The translations under genes were made by a program, and so were the position numbers. A stretch of DNA of 64,000 nt from Candidatus Latescibacterota bacterium (lineage in GTDB: Bacteria > Latescibacterota > UBA2968 > GCA-2709665): contig OZ250150.1 of the NCBI GenBank assembly GCA_965237675.1, positions 576,001 to 640,000 on the forward strand. Reading direction: 5' to 3'. The stretch's first letter is position 1. The number at the start of each line of letters is the position of its first letter. Below are positions 11,218-20,372 of the stretch, piece after piece. The notes below the pieces were generated by a model, which worked only from the letters and a program-made list of their open reading frames with translations, did no database searches and was not told where the DNA came from.

Positions 11218-11348
11218 TGTCATGCTGAGGAAGCCGCCAGGCTGACGAAGCATCTCCTGCGGCGTCGGATGATACCTGAGTGTCTTTCGCTGGCGCCAGC
11301 CTGGCAGACAGGCGGATGGGCGCCTGCTCCCTGAGCCTGTCGAAGGGG
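11218..11348. repeat. Cluster of short palindromic intergenic repeats
   Basis: TGTCATGCTGAGGAAG...GAAGCATCT and CCCTGAGCCTGTCGAAGGG. The latter recurs at ~26390 and, in reverse complement, at ~26437, ~58451 and ~60740. Confidence 0.6.
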
Positions 11349-12007
11349 CGGGCGACGGCTGATGTGGTGGGGGTCGGTCTTCGACATGGACGGGTGTTTC
11401 CGGGAGCGGGCGCCGCGATGGCGTCGATCAGGCGGAAATTCCATCAAATGTCCACCAGAGTGGACTCAAATACCACAATCAAACCACAAACACCGGGTTA
11501 TATCTCATTATCTTAAAAGGCATAATTGAATTTCGTGTTCCAACTATGGAACGCGTGCCGGCCTTTGTCTATCGCTGGCTTTGTTCGGCCAGAAAAATAC
11601 CGTCGGTTTCCCTGACCGGCCAGAGTCGAAAACCGACGGTCATCCAGGAAGGCGAACAAGCCCATTGTCCCCCGGCGCTCTCGTGCCGTGAGACGGGATG
11701 CGGCCCTCACTGCTGGAAATATATGGAACATCTTCCATCGTGTCAATCGCAGCAGACAGAAATCTTACCTCTCAGGATCTGAGCAGAAATTTCAGGTTCC
11801 TCGTTGCGGACAGCGACCGCAGGGTTTGCCGTCGTCTCCGGAACATCATCCGGTTGGCGTCGGACGACACCATTGTCAGCCTCAGTCCGTGAAACTGTCG
11901 TGTACTCCCCGTTCGCCAGTCCCATGAGGGAATGAAAATCACCACAAATAAGGTCGAAAAGTTCATCAAGCCGTTTTTCTGCCCGATTTTTGGAAAGGAG
12001 AAGGAGT

Positions 12008-12426
12008 ATGGCATCTTTAGAAACATCGGCATATAGTGCGATTGGATCAATTGTAGGGCGTTAATTCTGTTTCTTTTAGGAATATCTGTTCGACCTCTTA
12101 GATATTTTCTCCTTTTTAAGAGACATCACTATGAACTTGAGTATGACAGGTGTTTCGGAGAATGCACCTGGGACATTCAATGGGAAAATGAAAGGTTAAC
12201 TCTAAAGGCTGAGAGTGTTCATAATGATTTCTTGGAAAATGTAACGTTGATCCTAAATGCCACGGAACCTGGAGTGTCAATTCCTCACATGAGCGTTAGT
12301 GATCGTTATCAAAGGTACGACGGGTGGCGAGTTCATTTAAAGCTCGCAAGTATAATTGAGACAATGCCTTCTAATGAAAATGCAGAGTATTTGGTTCATG
12401 TTGTTGTGAGAAGGCGAAGATGGTAA
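12008..12426 (+). CDS. AT-rich hypothetical membrane-anchored protein (~139 aa), split by a 1-bp shift
   Basis: Strong RBS AAGGAG before ATG 12008. Adding one G in GTAGGGCG (~12055) joins MASLETSAYSAIGSIVG-ALILFLLGISV to ORF 12232-12426; span 419+1 = 140 codons. Confidence 0.55.
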
Positions 12427-12827
12427 ATGATTTAGCCCGTATACTTCTGTAAAAAGGGATCGGGCAAATAAGTTCATCGTCTAACCGATGTCAACACCGT
12501 TTTTGTTTTTGACAGATCCATGGGTTTGGAATTAGCCTTGATTCGACAAAAGTTGGTTCTCCGACCGACAATTGACTAAACGCCTTTGACTGGATAGCGG
12601 GACCGCAGCGATGTGTCCGCTTGAGACACTGCGGGTCATTGCCAGCGTTGAAGCCGTGTGTCCCAATCAAGCTTCGGATTTCTGCATCGGGAAAGTCGAG
12701 GGGCTGGTATTAGCCGGAAGGCGCTGATTTCTCATGTTCGGGATGCGTTATCGATAAGCGAGTCTACCATTTGCACGTGATTGACACATCGGCTATAGAT
12801 GTAATCCTAGAGTTGGGGTTTTGCTAT

Positions 12828-14773
12828 ATGAAACGGCATTCTATTCTGGTCGCGGTCGTCGCGGGCTTTCTTTGGGTAAGTGTGGCTCCAGCGCACGCGT
12901 TTCAATCCGGACTCTTCCCCGACTTTGATGAAGACGGCGTTGTGGGATTTGCGGATTTTCTGCAGTTTGCCGGAAAGTTTGGTGCGGAGCTTGGCGATGA
13001 GACGTACGAAGACCGATTCGATCTGGACGGCGACGGTTTGATCGGATTTCCGGACTTTCTGGTCTTTGCGGGCAGCTTCGGAAGGGTGTCGCTCTACGCC
13101 GGCGATGAGAACGACGTGAACATACGCGATGTCAACCTGCGCGCCGTGATTGCGGACAGCCTCGGCAAGAGGCGCGATGCGCCGATAACCCGGGCTGAGA
13201 TGGCGACCTTAACTGAACTCGAAGCGCCGGATGCAGAGATCAGCGATTTGACCGGCCTTCATTTGCTACGAATCTGACAGAACTGTGGCTTCAGGACAAC
13301 GCGATAACGGATCTCTCGCCGTTGTGCGACCTGACTGGACTGACGGATCTGGTTCTCTACAGCAACAGAATCTCAGACATTTCCGCACTGTCCAGCCTTG
13401 CCAATGTTCACCACCGGAACCTTAACAACAACATTGTGTCCGACATCTCAGTGCTCGCCAACTTGACGAATCTGAGATACCTGGGGCTCGCAATAAACGG
13501 AATCTCAGACATCTCCGCGCTCGCAAACCTGTCCGGTTTGATACAACTGAACCTTTACGACAACATCCTTTCCGACATCTCCGTGTTGGCTGACCTGACC
13601 AATCTGACAGAACTGGAACTTAACCACAACACAATCTCCAACCTATCCGCGTTGTCCAGACTGACCCATCTCAAGGAACTGAATTTCAACGGCAACTGCA
13701 TTTCTGAAATATCCGCGCTTTCCGAGCTGTCCAATCTTGTACGTCTGGATCTTGCCAACAACAGAATTGTGGACATTTCGCCTCTGGTGACAAATGCGGG
13801 ACTCGGAGACGGTCACGTCGATATCTTTTATGCGCCAAGCGAGGGATGGCGGCTTGAACCAACGATTCCCGCCGAGTTGTACCTGAACGACGGCAGGGGG
13901 TGTTTCACGCTCGACACCAGTTTCCTGGGTGGAAATCCGCCGGGCCGTCTGGCGCCGAGAAAGGCCCTTCCGGGGGATTTCAACGGAGATGGCCGAATGG
14001 ACGTTTTCGTTTTGGATCATGGGTATGACAAGCCGCCGTTTCCCGGTGCGGCTCCGTATGTGATTCTCTCCACGGAAAATGGATCCGTGCTCGGCAGCGG
14101 GTTGGAGACCCTGGTCGGGTTTCAACACGGCGGCGCGTCAGCCGACGTCGACGCCGACGGGGACATAGACGTATTCGTCACCCACTTGAATGCCATCCAC
14201 GGGCCTTTCTTTTTGATTAATGATGGCGCCGGCTCATTTGCACTGGATGCCGATCGGGTCGAAGGCCTTGCTCATAAGGCGTTATTTACCGCTGAGTTGG
14301 TCGATGTCGATGGTGACGGCTATCTGGATCTCCTGGCCGCCGGTCACGAGTTCGATCCGTATGGAGATAATTTCGCAACCCGGATCCTGTGGGGTGACAG
14401 CACGCGTGTATACAGCACAGGCCGGGCGACGGTCCTTCCGGCTGTATTCGGCCAAGGCGTCGTCGTTGATATCGACGCAAGCGACACCAACGGAGACGGC
14501 GACAAGGATATCGTCATCAACCGCACCGGCGACGAACGTACGGCCTCCTACAGAGGATACTACGTACAATTGGTTGAGCAGGTCGGAAAGCGCCGCTTCG
14601 AGGACAGAACTGCGCAGTTACTTCACCGGAATGAAGACGCAGGAGCCGATTGGATCGTCTGGATCCGGATGTGCGATCGCGACGCCGACGGAGACGTGGA
14701 TATCGTGGTCGACGATGCCGCCAGAGACCTGATCTGGAAGAATGACGGGACAGGCGAGTTTCACCCGCGGTAA
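12828..14773 (+). CDS. Secreted dockerin-like EF-hand + internalin-type LRR + FG-GAP/VCBS repeat protein, frameshifted near 13262
   Basis: Signal peptide; DFDEDGVVGFADF...DLDGDGLIGFPDF; 22-aa LRRs (LTNLTELELNHNTISNLSALS); DxDGDGxxD repeats. Adding one T (CATTT>CATTTT) gives GLHFATNLTELWLQDN. Confidence 0.8.
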
Positions 14774-16073
14774 GCGCGGAAGCCGCGACCGCATCGTGGA
14801 ACTGCCCGCAGAGTGATTCGAACCGTCGGTAGGAAGTTTTCCCTACAACCGCTAAGCAGGCCGCCCTGTTCAGCCAGCTCCAGCACCTCTCTTGATCGCA
14901 AATTCAATAGCGTATGATTCGACCAAATCGTGCCGCCAAAATCAGGAAAACCTGCAGATTTGGGATGGCAACCGTCCCAGGACCGCCTCCCGGCATCCGG
15001 CTTTCCTGTGCGATCCCGTCAGGATCCGAATTCCCTCGCCCAGCGTGACACCGACAGGCTGTTCCCGGCAACAAGACAGGACAAACCATCCCGCGGCACA
15101 ACAGTTCACGGGCTGCTGAGGGAGTTCATCACTCACGCGGTGGCGAGGGCCTTCGGTCAAAGCGTTAGGGCCAGTGCATCGGAATATGCCTCCGCGACAT
15201 CCGAGAGTGTCGAACGGGGCAAACTCCATCGAAATACCATCACAATTGACCATAAGTCCACATCCGGATCACAGGATATGTGTTACCTTGCTTTGGCTAT
15301 GAAAAAATCCGTCGATACCCCGGCCGGAGTCGTATAGCAGACGATTTTCCAGGACGGCGCAGGTCCTTCTACCCACCGGCGCTTTTTCCGCCCTGAGACT
15401 TGGCGTGGCTCTCACCTTTCGGAATAGATGGTTCGTGTGTTGCCGAATACAACGCTCCGGAATCAGGAGTCTCAAAAAACGGAGCGGACTACTAAGTCTC
15501 AGGGCTCTGTTAACGACCGTAAGGTTCATGCAAGGCACCGGAACATCAATCGCATGTAGTCGGATACAAACGCGTATGACGAAAATACGTAGATTCTTTG
15601 GGCAGGCGTATGCACCTCACATTGAAAGGTGAAACAGCATGCCGGCAGCAATCTGAGGGCTTTTCATTGTAATCCTGTTCGCGTTGTTCATCGTCACATT
15701 CGCCACTACCGTCGCATAATGCGTCAAGTGTTACAATTTGCGACACCTGTTATGCTTGGTCGTCACGGGCCGTCCTGCGGCTCGGACCGTACAGCCGGAA
15801 CGGAAACTCGTTCAACGCACCGGACGACACGGGCTGTTTTGGCCAGACCCAATGGAAAATCTCAATCTCACAAACCTCTCACTTCCAAGACTAAACCGAT
15901 TGTATCACTTTGAAATGGGCAGAACAAAGGTTGCTCTGCCGTTCCCCTTATAACCGATAGGAAAGATGTCAGCTAACCTGGTCAAACTCGCGAGTGCATT
16001 GATAATTGCAGGATTCGCTATTGTCTTTTGCATAACAGCATACAAGTCTCTACGAGAGTTCCCAAATCAAACT

Positions 16074-16270
16074 TGAGTCTCCTCCGAAAAGTCAAAATCC
16101 ACTCTGACGAGGTCCAAGTTGGTGTTTCACTCAGAAGTAAATCAAAATCATACTTGATATAACACTATGATATATAATGATTTATGGGGATATAGCTTTT
16201 GTTGAAAATGGCCGTTCCTGATCCAAATTGGAAGAAAATCACGCGAATCTCACTTTTCGGAGTGGACTCA
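16074..16270. mobile_element. 197-bp MITE sharing terminal inverted repeats with the adjacent IS
   Basis: Ends TGAGTCTCCTCCGAAAAGT / ACTTTTCGGAGTGGACTCA; AACT on both sides; AT-rich non-coding interior. Confidence 0.88.
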
Positions 16271-16274
16271 AACT

Positions 16275-18090
16275 TGAGTCCCCTCCGAAAACGGGGGTTA
16301 TAAAGGCCTGATGTAAGTGGTCAGGGTTGGGTATTGTGATTTAGCGTGTGGCGACGATATAACGTGTAGGTGCGGCAAATCAACTCAGGGGCAACCTACG
16401 AAGTTGCTCAGGGCCTATGGTATGGAGGTTTTTGCAAGAAACCCCCCCTTATGCGGGGAGCATCGGAGGTGTTGCGAGGTAGTTCTTGATCCGAACGAGG
16501 TTGACCCATAAGCCGCGACAGTGCGCCCACAATTGGTGTGGCCTCAGTCCGCGATAGCGCGTCTTGCCATCTTTGGTGTAGTAGCTCAACTGAAAGATGC
16601 TGGCTTCGACGTTATTGCGTCGGTTTCTGATGTGGTCAGGCAGGGCTTCAATCTGTTTGCGTTTGAGGTAATTGTCGATGTGCTGTTCTTTAAAGTATCG
16701 GGGTTTGCCATCCATGATGATTTTGTATTTTCCCGGTTTGTATTCTTGGGCTATGTGAACCTCTCCGGTTTGTTGATCGATGACGGTGACGCCATCTTCT
16801 GTGCGTTCATAAATGAAACGTCCTGGGGTTCCTTGCAGGCCACTGTAATAGAATTGCTTGTCCTGTTCTTTTGCATACTCGGCGTTGGATTGATCATTAT
16901 AGGCCCCATCCATTGACACTTCCAAGGCGTCACCCACGACCTGTTGCGTCCGCTCGATGGCCGCTTGTACAAACGCATTGTCGGGCGTCGTCGCCGGTTT
17001 GACGTCAACGTCCGTGATCAAATTGAGGCCGTCCTCACCACAGGTCTCGGTGAGGTTGACACTGTATCCTTTCACCTTGTCCTTCCCTTTCCTGCGAAAG
17101 GTCGCATCTTCATCATCGGCAGACTGCAAGGAGGATGAGGAGATCTCTTTAGGAGGCTTCGGAAGCACCTGTTTGGAGGACGATAAAACGGTATATTGAT
17201 CCCCCATAACACGCACGATCAGACCGTAGTGACCGCTGTCTTCGTCGGTATAGGTCGCTTGAAGCCTGCTCAATAACTGCCCGCATTCCTGCAGCTTCTC
17301 ACACTTTTCAGCGCGGGTGAGACCATAGACAACCTGATGCGCCTTCACCTTCAGCAATCCGTCCAAAACCTGCTGATTTTTTGCCGATGATCGTCGCTTT
17401 TGGGCCTTGTCCAGCGACCCCCAGAACCCTTGTAAGCAACGCACCACCAACTGCAACCGACAACACAGGGCAATGTTAGAGCCGATCAACTTACTGTCCA
17501 TTCGGATGTGCTGACCTAATACACCAAAGGCGTTGGCCTGCGTCTGTGTCAAGCTGGAAAAGGTCTCTCCAATCAGATCTCGACCGGCTTCGAGTTGATC
17601 CGCATACAAGGCCTGCTTGAACAAATAATACGTGGACTCCGCAGGCACTTCATCGCATAGATTCATCAACCCCAATGCCCGCATCACCAGGATGTTGAAC
17701 CGACAATGCTCGAATAGTTGGGCATCGCTCCACCCAAAGCCCTCCTTCAAGATCATCATCGACACCAGGTGACGAATCGGCGCATTGGGGCGGCCTTGGT
17801 TGGGATCAAACAACACCGAAAACACATCCTCTTCTATCTTTGACGTGACGTGCTGGTAAAACAGATTATGCCACGACTTCGGATCATTCAACTGGTCCTG
17901 CTTGCGCCTCTTGAAATGCGACTCGAAGCCCGAAAACAGATCCGGTTGGCTGCATGACGCGCTTCTCTTATACATTGATTCTATACCCTCGCTTTTTCCT
18001 TTATACGTCCGCAACTTTGAAACCTCTTCTCACCTTGAAATTTAGTACTTTTTCCTCAATAAGTAAACTCGACTTTTCGGAGTGGACTCA
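16275..18090 (-). mobile_element. 1816-bp IS with DUF772-type DDE transposase (IS5/IS1182-like)
   Basis: Ends TGAGTCCCCTCCGAAAA / TTTTCGGAGTGGACTCA; AACT direct repeats at 16271-16274 and 18091-18094. Confidence 0.9.
16449..18014 (-). CDS. DDE transposase (DUF772 N-terminus)
   Basis: GRPNAP...LKEGFGWSD, RMDSKLI, MDGAY, RRNNVEASIFQL...KTRYRGL. Confidence 0.88.
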   Translation of the reverse strand: MRTYKGKSEGIESMYKRSASCSQPDLFSGFESHFKRRKQDQLNDPKSWHNLFYQHVTSKIEEDVFSVLFDPNQGRPNAPIRHLVSMMILKEGFGWSDAQLFEHCRFNILVMRALGLMNLCDEVPAESTYYLFKQALYADQLEAGRDLIGETFSSLTQTQANAFGVLGQHIRMDSKLIGSNIALCCRLQLVVRCLQGFWGSLDKAQKRRSSAKNQQVLDGLLKVKAHQVVYGLTRAEKCEKLQECGQLLSRLQATYTDEDSGHYGLIVRVMGDQYTVLSSSKQVLPKPPKEISSSSLQSADDEDATFRRKGKDKVKGYSVNLTETCGEDGLNLITDVDVKPATTPDNAFVQAAIERTQQVVGDALEVSMDGAYNDQSNAEYAKEQDKQFYYSGLQGTPGRFIYERTEDGVTVIDQQTGEVHIAQEYKPGKYKIIMDGKPRYFKEQHIDNYLKRKQIEALPDHIRNRRNNVEASIFQLSYYTKDGKTRYRGLRPHQLWAHCRGLWVNLVRIKNYLATPPMLPA

Positions 18091-18154
18091 AACTTGGAGA
18101 GAACGAGCTGGAACAATCACATGGGCAGCAATAGCCGCAGGAATCCTGCTGATA

Positions 18155-18712
18155 GGGCAAGTACTATTTTTAGTTGAAATAGCAGAGGCGTTCAATCAGC
18201 GGCGAAAGCGTTTTGCGTGTCATGATCGAGCGCGAGATGATTGCGTAGGGCAAGTCTGAGGGTTGGGAGAAACCGGAACCCCTTGATCCTCCGCAACCGG
18301 GGCTGGATATCCAAAAGGGCCGTTGCCAGCCACCGGTATCGCTGATCGGAGTTATTCCATCGTTTCACATTACGGGTGCGCTGTGCGATCATGGCGTTGA
18401 CGGATTCGATGCAGTTGGTGGTGCGAAACGATTGCTTGAGTTGTGGCAACAGTCCCAGGCGATGGAGGGTGAGGGTTTCTTCGAGCCCTTCCTCCAGGCT
18501 GTTGAGGGCCGATGCATTCATCAGGGTCAGGGAGGGCTTGAGGGCATACAGCGCGGCTTTGGCTTCTATGTGCGTGTCCATGTCGTAGGCACTTTGAAGC
18601 GCTTTCTTGACCTCACTCTGCTGTGTCTTGGGCAAATAGGCGATCACGTTCTCCCGTTTGTGCCACTGACAGCGTTGAATGGCGACATAACCGGAAAGGG
18701 CTTTTGTGAGGG
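18155..18712 (-). mobile_element. Truncated IS256-family element (3' part and right IR), inverted
   Basis: ORF 18192-18647 is nearly but not fully identical to the C-terminus of 18808-20097. End sequence GGGCAAGTACTATTTTTAGTTGAAATAG. Confidence 0.9.
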
Positions 18713-20134
18713 ATTGTGCCTATCTTAGTTGAAATAGAAGAGGCTCCGATGTAAATTGGATACGGCAGTCTCGACGAAGAAGACCGTATCCTCAACCAAA
18801 GGAGCCTGTGATGAAAAAAGTACCGTCGAACCTCCGTGAAGTCAAGTCGAATAGGGATGCCGGGGTGACGTCTGGCGCCTTCCTGGGAGAAGCCCTGGAG
18901 GATGTTGACGTCCGTGTGGCATTGATCCAAGCGCTGATCCCGCTTGGTCTGGACGCTGTGGCAGAAATCTTGCAGCAAGAGGTTGCCGGGTTGACGGGCA
19001 AGAAACACAGTCGTAAAGCGGGCAAGACCCCGAATCGTCGGTGGGGCGCTCAACCGGGATCGGTGTATCTGTCGGATCAAAAAGTGCCCATTACGGTGCC
19101 CAGGGTGCGTGACGTGGAAGCCAATGAGGAAGTTCCTCTGGAGGTGTATCACCACTTGCAGCGACCCAGAAACATGGACGGAGGGTTGCTGCTGCGCGTG
19201 GTCAGCGGCATTGCGACGCGTTCTTACGCCAGTTGCGCAGAGGCGATACCCGAGGCGTTTGGCCTGTCTTCATCGAGTGTCTCGAGGCGGTTCATCAGGG
19301 CATCGGCGGCCAAGCTGAGACAGTTTCAAGAACGGTTTCTTTCGGGCTATGACCTGGTGGGGCTGTTTATGGATGGCAAGACCTTTGCCGATCAGGAAAT
19401 GATCATCGCCCTTGGCGTGACCATCGACGGGCACAAGATCCCGCTGGGGTTCGTGCAGGCCGCCAGCGAAAATGAGCGCGTGTGCCGCCAGTTTGTCGAT
19501 TCGCTCATCGATCGCGGATTGCAGTATCACCAAGGGCTGCTTTGCCTCATCGACGGCTCAAAGGGCTTGTATAGTGCCCTCACAAAAGCCCTTTCCGGTT
19601 ATGTCGCCATTCAACGCTGTCAGTGGCACAAACGGGAGAACGTGATCGCCTATTTGCCCAAGACACAGCAGAGTGAGGTCAAGAAAGCGCTTCAAAGTGC
19701 CTACGACATGGACACCTACAAAGAAGCCAAAGCCGCGCTGTATGCCCTCAAGCCCTCCCTGACCCTGATGAATGCATCGGCCCTCAACAGCCTGGAGGAA
19801 GGGCTCGAAGAAACCCTCACCCTCCATCGCCTGGGACTGATGCCACAACTCAAGCAATCGTTTCGCACCACCAACTGCATCGAATCCCTCAACGCCATGA
19901 TCGCACAGCGCACCCGTAATGTGAAACGATGGAACAACTCCGATCAGCGATATCGGTGGTTGGCAGCCGCGCTGTTGGATATCGAGCCCCGATTGCGGAG
20001 GATCAAAGGATACCGCTTTCTTCCCGTACTCAGACTTGCCCTACGCAATCATCTCGCGCTCGATCATGACACGCAAAACGCTTTCGCCGCTGATTGAACG
20101 CCTCTGCTATTTCAACTAATAATAGTACTTGCCC
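18710..20134 (+). mobile_element. Complete IS256-family element (1425 bp)
   Basis: Left IR GGGATTGTGCCTATCTTAGTTGAAATAG; right IR ...CTATTTCAACTAATAATAGTACTTGCCC. No target duplication seen. Confidence 0.9.
18808..20097 (+). CDS. IS256-family (mutator-type) transposase
   Basis: VPRVRD, MDGK, IDGSKGL, QRCQWHK, RTTNCIESLN. Confidence 0.95.
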   Translation: MMKKVPSNLREVKSNRDAGVTSGAFLGEALEDVDVRVALIQALIPLGLDAVAEILQQEVAGLTGKKHSRKAGKTPNRRWGAQPGSVYLSDQKVPITVPRVRDVEANEEVPLEVYHHLQRPRNMDGGLLLRVVSGIATRSYASCAEAIPEAFGLSSSSVSRRFIRASAAKLRQFQERFLSGYDLVGLFMDGKTFADQEMIIALGVTIDGHKIPLGFVQAASENERVCRQFVDSLIDRGLQYHQGLLCLIDGSKGLYSALTKALSGYVAIQRCQWHKRENVIAYLPKTQQSEVKKALQSAYDMDTYKEAKAALYALKPSLTLMNASALNSLEEGLEETLTLHRLGLMPQLKQSFRTTNCIESLNAMIAQRTRNVKRWNNSDQRYRWLAAALLDIEPRLRRIKGYRFLPVLRLALRNHLALDHDTQNAFAAD

Positions 20135-20372
20135 CTGCTACGCCCAGGATACACCCACCGTAGGTCAAGCGATCTATATCGGCCAGGTTATTCAATCCTT
20201 GATCTAATCGGGCGATTGCCGCGTACACGCGATTCAACGGGACGTTTCCCGCCGTTGCAAATTGAATCCCAACGACGCTTGTCAACTCGCCGATTTGAGG
20301 GATTGATGTTTTTCCAATGCCTCTTCAAGCGACTTTTCCGGAATCTTGAGGGGCGTATGGATACGACGCAGG

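Larger units (their letters stand above)
15966..18154 (+). pseudogene. Small two-TM membrane protein gene disrupted by a MITE plus IS and truncated by IS256
   Basis: Removing the inserts restores MSANLVKLASALIIAGFAIVFCITAYKSLREFPNQT|WRERAGTITWAAIAAGILLI in frame. Confidence 0.65.

Noticed and set aside
11800-11860. c-di-GMP-I riboswitch-like GGCAAACC on the minus strand
   Set aside because: The following GNRA hairpin and GCAAAGC elements are missing.
11470-11990. Short ORFs and hairpins (such as ACCGTCGGTTT/AAACCGACGGT) in the intergenic stretch
   Set aside because: No consistent coding signal or recognisable RNA family; too weak to call.
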